A stretch of DNA of 64,000 nt from an uncultured Gammaproteobacteria bacterium (GCA_964641245.1 CAZXML010000002.1:10548-74547), one strand, 5' to 3'. Shown: positions 1-10,806, counted from the stretch's first letter. Translations and numbers: made by a program. Notes: generated from the sequence alone by a model not told the origin.

Positions 1-2897
1 CAAGTATTTACTTCCGGAGCGCAGCCCTTGCTGGCGCCGGCGGTATTTTGGAGGCCGTTTGGCAAACCATAATAGAAACATTGACCATCGCGGTATTCTC
101 CATTTTGGAAACATGTTTCCGGCGCGATTAGTTCCGTGTTGTTTAACCGATAGGGCGTACAAGATCCGGAAACTGCGATTGTTTTGGATAATAATTTATA
201 ATAGATGGCTCCTTGGTCGTCATTAAATTGACGACAATCGGGGCTGGCCAAACCTGATTTATATAAAGACTCACTGCAAACAGAATCGTAAGTGGTTAAA
301 TCCGCAATGGTACTATAAAAATATTTAGGACTACCATCAGCATTTTTTTGCAATACAAACCCTTTTAATTGATACCCGCCCACGACCGAACCCTCGTAAG
401 TGTAAAAATTCTTTTGCTTAGCCGGGTCAGGTAAAATACAAGGACGCAAATAAGAATAATGTTCTACTTTTTCCAAACCGCCTACATCGGCACTTAAATT
501 AGTAAAGCTTGAACAACCCTCGTCTACAGCGTTACATTTTGAACCGGATGACGGAATAATATAAGCCAAGGCTTGACCGGCGGAATAATTGCTGGCCATT
601 TCGCGGTACGCGGAATAACCAACGCATCTTTTGTCACACTGATCATTCCAGACCACTTGGTTTTCCACAATCGTGGCCGGAGTAAACTTGCCCGGGATAC
701 TGTCTCCGGAATAACTGATGGGCGCGTACCAATTACAATTTACTTCGTCGGCAATACAAGACGCGGAGTAATTATTACACTTTGGATTGTCGGTAAGTTT
801 GTTTAAATCCGATGCGGTTTGTGGCCTGTCTATAGCCAAAGTGCCGGTGTTGGTGTCATAACAACCTAAATAATACGGCGCTTGGCGTAAATAAAGTTTG
901 TCGGATGTGCTGGCGGTTTGAAATGAAGAACAACCGTCGGAATTGGCCGAACAATTGGTGGAGATTTTATTATTGAAAAATATGGCGGAATTTTCACCAA
1001 GGATGCTTAGCTCGTTTTTAGAATAATCTGCCCAATTTCCGGAAGCATCTTGTTTTAAACTAAACTGCGCGCAACCAACGTTGTCTTGAGTGCAATAACC
1101 GGTGTCTAAAGTGCGATAGAGATAACTGACATTTTTGCCGGTGCTGTCTTGAAAAGATTGGCAGGTACGGTATTGCGCGTCGCATTTGGCCGCGTCTATT
1201 TTCCAGACATTCCGTTCGCGGGTGCAGTACCCTTGATTGGCGCAATTGCCGTCTTTGTCGTAGGCCACACAAGTGCTTAAGTCCGCGCATTCGGTGGCAC
1301 GGTTTGGCGTGCCGCTAAAATATGGTGTTGAGCCGAAAGCCACAAAATTACATTTGGATGGCGGGGCTTTTAGCACCCAGTTCTGGTCTATTAAATGACA
1401 AAAAGGTTTATTTACCGGGTCGTTGTCTACGCCCACCACATTACCGTTTAAATCTTTTATAAAATTACAATCATTAAAGCCGTCCACCACCTGTTTTAAA
1501 GTCCACGGCTGATCCGGATTGCTGTTTAAGGCCGCGATTTCAAAACCCAAAGGCAAAACTCTGGCTTTGCGTAATTTGGCAATGTTGGCGTAACAATATG
1601 CGCGCTGATAACAACCCATATCGGTTTGATCGGCGCTGCGTTCCGGAGAGATTAATTTCCATTCGCCGTGCAACCAGTTTTTGGCTAGAGCTTCTTTAAT
1701 GGTGACCGGTTTCCCGGAATTCGCTTCCTGCGCGGCCTGCGTTAAACTGCTGTCGGCCACGCAATTTTCCGGACCCGGAGAAGTGGCCGGACAATTAGAA
1801 AAATTAACCAAAACATTGTATTGATCTATTTGAATATTGGGCGGGGTTAATAAATCCGCAAACAAGGCTTCGGCCGCTTGCCTTCCGCCCCGGCTTACCT
1901 GTCCTTCTAAATTACTAAGCGTGTCTTGCAGTTTACTACGACACTCTTCGCCGCCGCTATCGCCAACACACACACCAAAAGGGAACATGCCTTTAGTCTG
2001 ATAATTTCTAAGCATTTGCGAGGCCAATGTGTTTATAAAAAGCGAAGCCGCGCCGGTAATACTGCCAACCGCTCCGGTGCCAAGAGTGGCCAGAAAGCCG
2101 GCCTCGGCGGATTTTCGTTGCGCGCTTGGATTTTGAGACTGCGCCTCTTCGGCGATATTTTTGGCCGGGGTGACAATGTCTCCGGAAATTGGCGTGGTTT
2201 TTGCTTTATAACCATTGCCTTCCTGTCTTTGTAGTTTGGCGGCATCGGTTTGGCGGGCTACCAGATTATCTATTTTTTCGGTGGCGCTCATGAGAATTCC
2301 CAAATCACTTTGCTCTACGGAAAAAGCCACGTTAAATTTACGCGCCACGTCTCCGGCGCTGCCATACTGGCTTTGCCAATTACTGGCGCTTAAAACATCG
2401 GTTTGAAAACTGGACCAGGTACAATTTGGCTGAAGAACACCTTGTTGCTGATTAAGATCCATGAACTTATAGGTGAGGCCGATACGCATGGCCAAATCTA
2501 TTTTTGGATCCGGAATTTTACATAAATTTAAACCATACGGCGCGCCCAAAGCGTCTATGGCCACACCGGCCACATGATCGCCCACGTCGGCGATGTAACC
2601 GTTAAAATCTTTATAATGCGCAAATGGAGTTTGCCCCTTGCCCCCGGAAGCCAGCCAAACAGCCGAATCGTAAGAAACCCGGCGCAAAAAATAAGAAAAA
2701 GACTGCACGGCGATACCGATGGCGGCGTTTTTTAAACCAGTTTGAATTTTGTCTATGATACGCGCCGTGTTCGCGCTCACATCTATTGTTGCCAGTTGCG
2801 CATGAGAAGGTTCGGCAGAAACCACAAAACCGCCTATTGTTATAAAAACAAAAACCGATAACATTATTCCTACACCAAATTTTTGAAATTTAGGCAT
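1..2897 (-). CDS. Large Cys-rich secreted/surface protein, N-terminal part (runs off the left edge)
   Basis: ATG at 2897, just downstream of the 2901 stop; reads MPKFQKFGVGIMLSVFVFITIGGFVVSAEPSHAQ (signal peptide-like); same frame reads ...CAPEVNT at the window edge; absent from the ORF track because no stop lies in the window; middle only spot-checked. Confidence 0.8.
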   Translation of the reverse strand, partial: MPKFQKFGVGIMLSVFVFITIGGFVVSAEPSHAQLATIDVSANTARIIDKIQTGLKNAAIGIAVQSFSYFLRRVSYDSAVWLASGGKGQTPFAHYKDFNGYIADVGDHVAGVAIDALGAPYGLNLCKIPDPKIDLAMRIGLTYKFMDLNQQQGVLQPNCTWSSFQTDVLSASNWQSQYGSAGDVARKFNVAFSVEQSDLGILMSATEKIDNLVARQTDAAKLQRQEGNGYKAKTTPISGDIVTPAKNIAEEAQSQNPSAQRKSAEAGFLATLGTGAVGSITGAASLFINTLASQMLRNYQTKGMFPFGVCVGDSGGEECRSKLQDTLSNLEGQVSRGGRQAAEALFADLLTPPNIQIDQYNVLVNFSNCPATSPGPENCVADSSLTQAAQEANSGKPVTIKEALAKNWLHGEWKLISPERSADQTDMGCYQRAYCYANIAKLRKARVLPLGFEIAALNSNPDQPWTLKQVVDGFNDCNFIKDLNGNVVGVDNDPVNKPFCHLIDQNWVLKAPPSKCNFVAFGSTPYFSGTPNRATECADLSTCVAYDKDGNCANQGYCTRERNVWKIDAAKCDAQYRTCQSFQDSTGKNVSYLYRTLDTGYCTQDNVGCAQFSLKQDASGNWADYSKNELSILGENSAIFFNNKISTNCSANSDGCSSFQTASTSDKLYLRQAPYYLGCYDTNTGTLAIDRPQTASDLNKLTDNPKCNNYSASCIADEVNCNWYAPISYSGDSIPGKFTPATIVENQVVWNDQCDKRCVGYSAYREMASNYSAGQALAYIIPSSGSKCNAVDEGCSSFTNLSADVGGLEKVEHYSYLRPCILPDPAKQKNFYTYEGSVVGGYQLKGFVLQKNADGSPKYFYSTIADLTTYDSVCSESLYKSGLASPDCRQFNDDQGAIYYKLLSKTIAVSGSCTPYRLNNTELIAPETCFQNGEYRDGQCFYYGLPNGLQNTAGASKGCAPEVNT

Positions 2898-2900
2898 ATT

Positions 2901-3497
2901 TTAAGGTTGGGTGGCGGTACTGGTGGAATTTAAAACCTCTTTTACCATCTTTATTAAATCGGCATCGGAAGTTGCGTCAATAATTTTTTTATCCAGACCG
3001 GAAGCCACCAACATTTTACGGATTTCGGCCGGATCATTTAAAAGCTTTTCTAAATCCTGCGCTGAAGGAGCGGGACCTAAAGTGGATGTGGCGGAGGGAA
3101 GAGGAACACTGTTAGGCAAAGCTTCTCCGTTGAAACCGGCTTCGGCGCAGTTCTGCCCTTCCGGACAGATTGGATTGGTGCCTTTATCTACTTCGGCTTT
3201 ATCGGGAATGCCATCGGAATCGGTATCGGCTAAATACGGGCTGGTGGCATAAACATAAAGCTCGTCAAAATCATTTAAGCCGTCTTTGTCAATATCGCGG
3301 TACATTAGGGCTTCATTGCTGTTGATGTCGTCTTTTACCAAATTTGGAATTTGTTTGTTAAGCGCAAATGGCGCGTACATGGTATTTCTGATTTGCAAAA
3401 TACCTAAGCCGATTGCAAAAACAGAAAAAACAGATAGTAAAATCACTCCTATCTTTTGTTCTTTTGATAGACTATTCCCGCCCTGTTCCTCTACCAT
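2901..3497 (-). CDS. Membrane-anchored protein with Ca-binding thrombospondin type-3-like repeats
   Basis: One TM helix, then DIDKDGLNDFDE and DTDSDGIPDKAE motifs; start moved to MVEEQ (3497). Confidence 0.75.
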   Translation of the reverse strand: MVEEQGGNSLSKEQKIGVILLSVFSVFAIGLGILQIRNTMYAPFALNKQIPNLVKDDINSNEALMYRDIDKDGLNDFDELYVYATSPYLADTDSDGIPDKAEVDKGTNPICPEGQNCAEAGFNGEALPNSVPLPSATSTLGPAPSAQDLEKLLNDPAEIRKMLVASGLDKKIIDATSDADLIKMVKEVLNSTSTATQP

Positions 3498-3537
3498 AAA
3501 TACTATAGTTAGGGTTGAAGACATTATATCAATGATA

Positions 3538-3583
3538 TGAGGAAAAAGCGACAAAGCTCGCTTTGGCATTTTTTCCGAGTGAG
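3538..3583 (+). repeat. Family G hairpin element (GAG-GGA..hairpin..TTCCGAGYGAG), degenerate
   Basis: tgaggaaaaagcg...ttttttccgagtgag resembles copies at 14031, 26966, 28134, 36838. Confidence 0.5.
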
Positions 3584-3611
3584 TTGATATACCTTAGTAT
3601 ACCACAATTTA

Positions 3612-4511
3612 TCAAAGTTTTCCCGCTAAAGATATCCACTGTTCTACTGAAAGCTCTTGCGCTCTGGCTTTTTCATTTATTCCTAGTTCGTGAAATATGA
3701 TCGGTAATTTTTTCTTGTCTGTTAAGGCTCCCAAATTCTTAATCAACATTTTACGACGACTAGCAAACCCGGCCTTAACTATTTTGAAGAAAAAAGTCTG
3801 GTCAACACATTTGTCATCCTGAGTGTTAACGAAGGATCTCTGTCCGTTTGGTGATTGAGACAGAGATTCTTCACTTCGTTCAGAATGACAAACGGACGTC
3901 TTCAATCGCAATTTTATAATCGCTGAATCCACGCCCGGCACCGGCCAAAAATATGATTTGGGGACGTGCATGACAATTTCCGGATCCGCGTAACATTGTA
4001 CGGAAATAGCCAGCACCGACATATCCCCCGGTTTGGCGCAAATTCTTTCGGCCACTTCTTTTTGCACCATCAACACCATTAACTCCGGTTTGTGTTCAGC
4101 TTCTAAAAATTTTCGGATAACATTTGAGGTTATTTGATACGGCAGGTTGGCGATGACTTTATAATTGGAAATTGGAAATTGGAAATTAGGAAATTTAAGT
4201 ACATTCCCCCACACAATTTCTAAATTTCTTAATTTCCTATTTTCTATAATTTCATTCCAATATAATTCCAATTTTTTTTCAATTTCAAAAGACAATACTT
4301 TATTTACTTTTTCCGCCAACGCCAAAGTTAAAACTCCAAATCCCGGCCCTACTTCCACAATCACATCGTCCGGTCTAATTTCCGCCGCCTCCAACATTTT
4401 TTCTATCGGCTCCTCGTTAATTAAAAAATTCTGACCGTACTTTCGGGAAGGAGTAAGGCCGAATTTTTGACACAGATGCTGTAAGTAATTAACGTTGTAT
4501 AAAGAAGTCAT
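3612..4511 (-). CDS. rsmA: 16S rRNA m6,2A dimethyltransferase KsgA/RsmA, with in-frame palindromic insert
   Basis: GQNFL, EVGPGFG, IANLPYQI, PVPGVDSA, F..RRK motifs. Confidence 0.97.
   Translation of the reverse strand: MTSLYNVNYLQHLCQKFGLTPSRKYGQNFLINEEPIEKMLEAAEIRPDDVIVEVGPGFGVLTLALAEKVNKVLSFEIEKKLELYWNEIIENRKLRNLEIVWGNVLKFPNFQFPISNYKVIANLPYQITSNVIRKFLEAEHKPELMVLMVQKEVAERICAKPGDMSVLAISVQCYADPEIVMHVPKSYFWPVPGVDSAIIKLRLKTSVCHSERSEESLSQSPNGQRSFVNTQDDKCVDQTFFFKIVKAGFASRRKMLIKNLGALTDKKKLPIIFHELGINEKARAQELSVEQWISLAGKL
3812..3890. repeat. Family B palindromic element, in frame in rsmA
   Basis: tgtcatcctgagtgttaacgaaggatctctgtc...gacagagattcttcacttcgttcagaatgaca. Confidence 0.9.
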
Positions 4512-4526
4512 AAAAAAATATAATCG

Positions 4527-4631
4527 CCTCCTCCCCTCTTTTAGGGGGAGGGCAGGGTGGGGGTATTGGTTGTCTGGTGTCCAGTGTCCGCGATAACCCC
4601 TCTCTCTGTCTCTCCCCTAAAAGGGGAGAGA
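4527..4631. repeat. Family D palindromic element (CCCTCCCC/GGGGAG hairpins)
   Basis: 36 bp (4596-4631) identical to 11860-11895; overlaps the stop of the 4541..5722 gene. Confidence 0.85.
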
Positions 4632-5722
4632 ATGACTGAAGCCAGCCCCGCACTAGTGTATCTATTCGACGCATTCCACATCAGCCAACCGGCATCAGTG
4701 TATTTTTCTGTTTCATCTATCTGCGCTCTGATTTTTTCAGCATCATAAACCGCTCCCAGGTTAAACGCCTGAATCCACGGGCGTACTTTGGCGCGTTTAC
4801 CTTCAAATTTTGGCATTCCCATTTGCATACCGTTGGCAAACACTTTGGCCGGAAATTGAGCCGGATTTTTTAATCCTAAATGGCCGGGCGGATAATGCGA
4901 CGGATACATCATGGGCGAAATATAATCCGTTTCATCCACCGCGTCGGCAATCCTCTGCCCGATGCGCATATCATCCTCGCCTTTTTTTTCCATAACAAAA
5001 CCAAACATATCCAGCGATAACCAAACCGGCTCGTCGCTTAATTTAATATTTAAAAAATGATAAAACTGTTTCATTACCAGATACTTTTTTTCATTGCCGG
5101 CGGCATAAACCGCCTGAGACATATTTCCATCCGAAGGAAAACGAACATAATCAAAATTGATTTCATCAAAACCAAAAGCGATCGCTTCTTTGGCGATAGC
5201 CACATTATATGCCCAAACTTCTTTTTTACTCGGATCAACCCAGGCCAAACCTTTGTGATCTCTCCACAAACCGCCCGATTTATTTTTTATCGCCCATTCC
5301 GGTTTTTTTTCGGCCAGCGCCGGATCCTGAAATACCGTTTGGCGCGCGATTACATAAATATTTTTAGCGTGCAGTTTTTTTATCAAAGCCGCCACATCTC
5401 CCAAACGATTTTCGTCTGTTTTTAAATCATTCACTAATTTTAATTTGCTGTCATACAAAATTTTTCCGCTGTAATCTTTGATGTCTATTACCACCGCGTT
5501 CAATTCGGTTCTGTCTATCAAATCTATGATGGTGTCTATTTTTTTGGCGCTGCCGGCCGAATAGGCCGTGAGGTATAAGCCTTTAACTTTTATGAGTGTT
5601 GATTTTTCTATTCCCGACTTGAGCGGAATAGAGGTGGGTTGGCCTGTTATATCAACGCTGGAAGCTTCTATAGTCTGAACAGTTTCTGTCCAAGCCCACC
5701 AAATTAAAAACGAACAAAGCAA
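4541..5722 (-). CDS. Putative glycoside hydrolase (DUF4015-like TIM barrel)
   Basis: ELNAVVIDIKD, GFDEINFDYVRFP, SPMMYPSHY, RPWIQAF motifs; start uncertain. Confidence 0.8.
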   Translation of the reverse strand: MLCSFLIWWAWTETVQTIEASSVDITGQPTSIPLKSGIEKSTLIKVKGLYLTAYSAGSAKKIDTIIDLIDRTELNAVVIDIKDYSGKILYDSKLKLVNDLKTDENRLGDVAALIKKLHAKNIYVIARQTVFQDPALAEKKPEWAIKNKSGGLWRDHKGLAWVDPSKKEVWAYNVAIAKEAIAFGFDEINFDYVRFPSDGNMSQAVYAAGNEKKYLVMKQFYHFLNIKLSDEPVWLSLDMFGFVMEKKGEDDMRIGQRIADAVDETDYISPMMYPSHYPPGHLGLKNPAQFPAKVFANGMQMGMPKFEGKRAKVRPWIQAFNLGAVYDAEKIRAQIDETEKYTDAGWLMWNASNRYTSAGLASVILSPFRGETERGVIADTGHQTTNTPTLPSP

Positions 5723-5799
5723 AAATAAACCGATTGTTATGATTAAATACAGGCGGTGGTGTTGTTGCCGCCAAAAATTAATCGGCGGAACGTTTGGAT

Positions 5800-6468
5800 T
5801 TAAATTATCTGAAGTTGTCCCTGGCGTAAAATTTTTAAATTATCAATCACGCTCACAATGGTGGTGGGCGGATTTTGGGGTAATATTCCCCCATCTATTA
5901 GTATATCAGGTTTTACATTAATTTTCTTGGAGTCATAGATATCGCCAGCATCGGCCAAGTTGGCTGAAGTAGCTACCACCGGTCTGTCTAATTTTTCCGA
6001 TAAAAATTTTGCTATTGGGTGATTGGTAACACGGACGGCAATTGTATTGTTTGCGGCGACTACGCCGGCTGCCAGGCTGTCATTGCGAGGAAGCCGATTC
6101 GCATCGGCTGACGTGGCAATCCCATTGTTTGCACTACCATCCAATGGGATTGCTTCGTCGCTTGTAGCTCCTCGCAATGACAAATACTCGCCAACTATTG
6201 TAAGCGCCCCAGGCCAATACTTACTTGCCAAATCTTCCAACAAATCGTTCCACAACAAATATTTTTTTGCCATTTCAATCGTGGGCACAACAACCAAAAG
6301 AGGCTTATCGCTTTTTCGCCCCTTAATTTCAAAAATTTTATTTACCGCGTTTTGATCGGTCGCATCACAACCCAAACCATAGGAAGTTTCGGTGGGAAAA
6401 ACGATAACCTTTCCTTCCTTCAGATATTCAACGGCAGTTGATAATTGTTTAGTGGTTATTATTTTCAT
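5800..6468 (-). CDS. tsaC: L-threonylcarbamoyladenylate synthase (Sua5/YrdC), with in-frame palindromic insert
   Basis: FPTETSYGL, KGR..DKPL, WPGALT, TSAN motifs; start moved to MKIITT because the ORF-track extension lies in a repeat. Confidence 0.93.
   Translation of the reverse strand: MKIITTKQLSTAVEYLKEGKVIVFPTETSYGLGCDATDQNAVNKIFEIKGRKSDKPLLVVVPTIEMAKKYLLWNDLLEDLASKYWPGALTIVGEYLSLRGATSDEAIPLDGSANNGIATSADANRLPRNDSLAAGVVAANNTIAVRVTNHPIAKFLSEKLDRPVVATSANLADAGDIYDSKKINVKPDILIDGGILPQNPPTTIVSVIDNLKILRQGQLQII
6078..6182. repeat. Family C palindromic element, in frame in tsaC
   Basis: tgtcattgcgagg...gtggcaatccc...gggattgcttcg...ctcgcaatgaca. Confidence 0.9.
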
Positions 6469-6476
6469 ACTTTGAT

Positions 6477-6560
6477 TGTCATCCTGAATGCAATGAAGGA
6501 TCTCTGTCCGTATCGTTTTGGACAGCCAGACAGAGATTCTTCGCTTCACTCAGAATGACA
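6477..6560. repeat. Family B palindromic element (prfB-tsaC intergenic)
   Basis: tgtcatcctgaatgcaatgaaggatctctgtc...gacagagattcttcgcttcactcagaatgaca. Confidence 0.9.
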
Positions 6561-6581
6561 GTTAGAGAAACCAAAATTTTT

Positions 6582-7679
6582 TTATTTCTTAATCCAACGC
6601 AAATACGCCTCACCGAGCGGCAACAAATTTCCTTCCAAAACACCTTCCGGATCCGTGGATTCGTATTCGGTGCGGTGATCTTTTACCAAATGATACGGAT
6701 GCAAAACATAAGAACGGATTTGATTGCCCCATTCCGCTGATTTATATTCCCCGCGCAATTCTTTTCTTTCCGCGGCTTTTTTTTCTTCTTCCAAACGGTG
6801 CAAGCGCGCTTTCAAAACTTTCATGGCCATGTCTTTATTTTGCTGTTGCGAGCGTTCGTTTTGGCATTGCACGGTAATGCCGGTGGGAATATGCACAATG
6901 CGCACGGCCGAATAAGTGGTGTTCACACTTTGCCCGCCGTGCCCGCCGGCCATAAAAGTGTCTATGCGGATATCTTTGGAATCAATTTCAATTTTTATTT
7001 CATCATTTATTTCCGGCAAAACTTCTATTAAAGCAAAAGAAGTATGACGCATTTTTTCCGCATCAAACGGCGAAATACGCACCAGGCGATGCACGCCGTG
7101 TTCGGATTTTAAATAACCAAAAGCAAAACGCCCTTTGACTTCAAACATAATGGATTTATAACCCGCTTCCGCCCCGCGCGATTCGTCTACCACTTTTGTT
7201 TTCCAACCCATTTTATCGCAATACCGCATTACCATCCGCAACAGCATTTCGGCCCAGTCTTGCGCTTCGGTACCACCACTGCCGGCGTGGATAGCAATGA
7301 TGGCATTATTTTTATCATACGGACCGTTTAACAAAACATACAATTCGTATTCGGAAAATTCTTTGGCAACTGTTTTGGTTTGCTGTTCTATTTCGCCGGA
7401 CAATGATTCATCCCCGGAACTTGCTTGCCCCGCCGTGGCGGTGGATAATTCAATTAAATCATTTGTTCTTTTTTCCAAATCCGCAAATTTTTCCACTTCT
7501 TTTTTTATATCCTGATAATCCTGGGAGGTAGCCTGCGCGTTTTCCTGATTACTCCAAAAATCCGGCGCGTTCATTTCTGCAGCCAGCTGTTCCGATTTTT
7601 TTTGCAATTCATCTATATTAAGAAGTTTTTTTGTTTCGGAAATTTTGGATTGCAGTTCTTTCAAATCTTCTAAAGACAT
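6582..7679 (-). CDS. prfB: Peptide chain release factor 2 (continuous ORF)
   Basis: GSGGTEAQDW, SPF, GGQ, WGNQIRSYV motifs; start MSLEDL. Confidence 0.97.
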   Translation of the reverse strand: MSLEDLKELQSKISETKKLLNIDELQKKSEQLAAEMNAPDFWSNQENAQATSQDYQDIKKEVEKFADLEKRTNDLIELSTATAGQASSGDESLSGEIEQQTKTVAKEFSEYELYVLLNGPYDKNNAIIAIHAGSGGTEAQDWAEMLLRMVMRYCDKMGWKTKVVDESRGAEAGYKSIMFEVKGRFAFGYLKSEHGVHRLVRISPFDAEKMRHTSFALIEVLPEINDEIKIEIDSKDIRIDTFMAGGHGGQSVNTTYSAVRIVHIPTGITVQCQNERSQQQNKDMAMKVLKARLHRLEEEKKAAERKELRGEYKSAEWGNQIRSYVLHPYHLVKDHRTEYESTDPEGVLEGNLLPLGEAYLRWIKK

Positions 7680-7688
7680 ACCCTTAAT

Positions 7689-8068
7689 TGTCATCCTGAA
7701 CTTGATTCAGGATCTGTCGCGATTGTTTCAGCATCTATCCACTCGCTGTACAGATCTTTTAGTTCTGGATTTAATTCTTTAATTAAATTTAGCTTCCAAT
7801 CTCTATGCCAATTCTTCAGCTGTTTCTCCCGTCTAATTGCATCATCAGGACGACTAAATGATTCATAATAAACTAATTTCTTTATTCTATACTTCTTGCT
7901 AAAACCACTATTAAGTTCATTTATATGCTCCCACATTCTTCGTTCCAGATTATTACTGACGCCAATATATAACGTCGTATTCGTATAGTTCGTAACTATA
8001 TAAACATAATAATTTTTTCTCATAAGACACAGGCGCCGAATAGATCCTGAAACAAGTTCAGGATGACA
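7689..8068 (-). mobile_element. Candidate autonomous element: GIY-YIG gene between 27-bp family A inverted arms
   Basis: Left arm 7689-7715 tgtcatcctgaacttgattcaggatct; right arm 8042-8068 agatcctgaaacaagttcaggatgaca; 26/27 reverse-complement match; mobility inferred. Confidence 0.75.
7691..8023 (-). CDS. Small stand-alone GIY-YIG nuclease (YhbQ/UPF0213-like)
   Basis: YYVYI...LYIGVSNNLERRMWEH...LVYYE...AIRREKQLKNWHRDWK; stop codon lies inside the repeat arm. Confidence 0.93.
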   Translation of the reverse strand: MRKNYYVYIVTNYTNTTLYIGVSNNLERRMWEHINELNSGFSKKYRIKKLVYYESFSRPDDAIRREKQLKNWHRDWKLNLIKELNPELKDLYSEWIDAETIATDPESSSG

Positions 8069-8094
8069 GCCTCACCGAACAAACACATCCAAGA

Positions 8095-8586
8095 TCAAAA
8101 TATCCTCCCCGCGCCAAGGGTAATTAACAGAGTCAAAGTCCCGGAAATAATAACACCGATAAAAATAGACAGCCATGATTTCCAAAATGGCAGGGCAAAA
8201 ATAAACGCCGCGACTGCGCCGGTCCAGGCTCCGGTGCCCGGAAGCGGAATGCCCACAAAAATAGCCAGACCGATTAAGCCGTATTTTTGATAATCACCCG
8301 CGAATTTGTGCTGGGTGCGATCCAAAGTTTTAACCCATGTTGAAGCAAACCAGCCGGCGCGTTTATGTACCCAAGCGTGAAAATGTTTAGCAAAAGCCAA
8401 AATAATAGTGACCGGAATCATATTGCCCAGCACTGACCACAAAAACGCTTCCCAAATCGGGAGTTTATACGCCAACACCGCCACCGGCAAAGCCAGACGA
8501 ATTTCTCCAATCGGCGTGGCGCCCATTAGAAACGTTGCCAACTCCGGAGGAAATGATGAAAAAAATATGATAATTGATTGGGTCAT
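8095..8586 (-). CDS. Small multi-drug export family membrane protein (COG2426)
   Basis: P.GEIRLALP and FVGIPLPGTGAWTG motifs. Confidence 0.88.
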   Translation of the reverse strand: MTQSIIIFFSSFPPELATFLMGATPIGEIRLALPVAVLAYKLPIWEAFLWSVLGNMIPVTIILAFAKHFHAWVHKRAGWFASTWVKTLDRTQHKFAGDYQKYGLIGLAIFVGIPLPGTGAWTGAVAAFIFALPFWKSWLSIFIGVIISGTLTLLITLGAGRIF

Positions 8587-8629
8587 ACGTGGTTAATTCT
8601 ACTCTTAATCTTTGTATTTTACAACAAAG

Positions 8630-8651
8630 GACGCCCTTTGTAAGGGGCGTC
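8630..8651 (-). terminator. Probable intrinsic terminator of groEL
   Basis: gacgccc-tttgtaa-ggggcgtc hairpin, followed by a T-rich tail on the minus strand. Confidence 0.55.
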
Positions 8652-8658
8652 ATTTTAT

Positions 8659-8726
8659 TGTCATCCTGAACTTGTTTCAGGATCTGTTTGTGTACCGTTA
8701 GATGCTGAAACAAGTTCAGCATGACA
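8659..8726. repeat. Family A palindromic element (gene-less)
   Basis: tgtcatcctgaacttgtttcaggatct-spacer-agatgctgaaacaagttcagcatgaca. Confidence 0.93.
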
Positions 8727-8735
8727 CTTTGAAGT

Positions 8736-10388
<1,653 letters not shown>

Positions 10389-10415
10389 TTAAGATTTTAG
10401 ATTTATGATTTCAAT

Positions 10416-10503
10416 TGTCATTGCGAGGAGCCGTAGCGACGCGGCAATCCCATTGTCGGCACAACCAGTACTGTGGGATTGCTTCACTTCGTTCGCAATG
10501 ACA
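10416..10503. repeat. Family C palindromic element between groES and groEL
   Basis: tgtcattgcgaggagccgtagcgacgcggcaatccc...gggattgcttcacttcgttcgcaatgaca; adjoining heptamer run (atttaag)n at 10380-10411. Confidence 0.9.
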
Positions 10504-10511
10504 AGGTTGAA

Positions 10512-10796
10512 CTACTCCACCACCGCCAAAATATCCTCCTGTGAAACAATTTTATATTCTTCTTTATCCAATTCTATTTTTTCTCCTCCCCAGTTTTTTA
10601 AAACCACATGATCGCCTACTTTTACTTCCATAGTCGCGCGCTCGCCGGATTTTAACATTTTTCCCGGACCAACCGCCACCACATCACCCTCGGGCTTTTT
10701 TTCATCTTTACCCGGCAAAACCAAACCAAACGAAGTTACCTCATCGGCCTTTGTCTGTTTTACCAAAACGTTGTCTCCTAATGGTCTAATATGCAT
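10512..10796 (-). CDS. groES: Co-chaperonin GroES
   Basis: MHIRPLGDNV, VVAVGPG, DILAVV. Confidence 0.96.
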   Translation of the reverse strand: MHIRPLGDNVLVKQTKADEVTSFGLVLPGKDEKKPEGDVVAVGPGKMLKSGERATMEVKVGDHVVLKNWGGEKIELDKEEYKIVSQEDILAVVE

Positions 10797-10806
10797 ACAA
10801 AATTTA

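Noticed and set aside
6469-6549. ORF-track N-terminal extensions of tsaC (also prfB, rny, dnaE)
   Set aside because: The extensions run through repeat elements; downstream ATGs match the expected protein starts.
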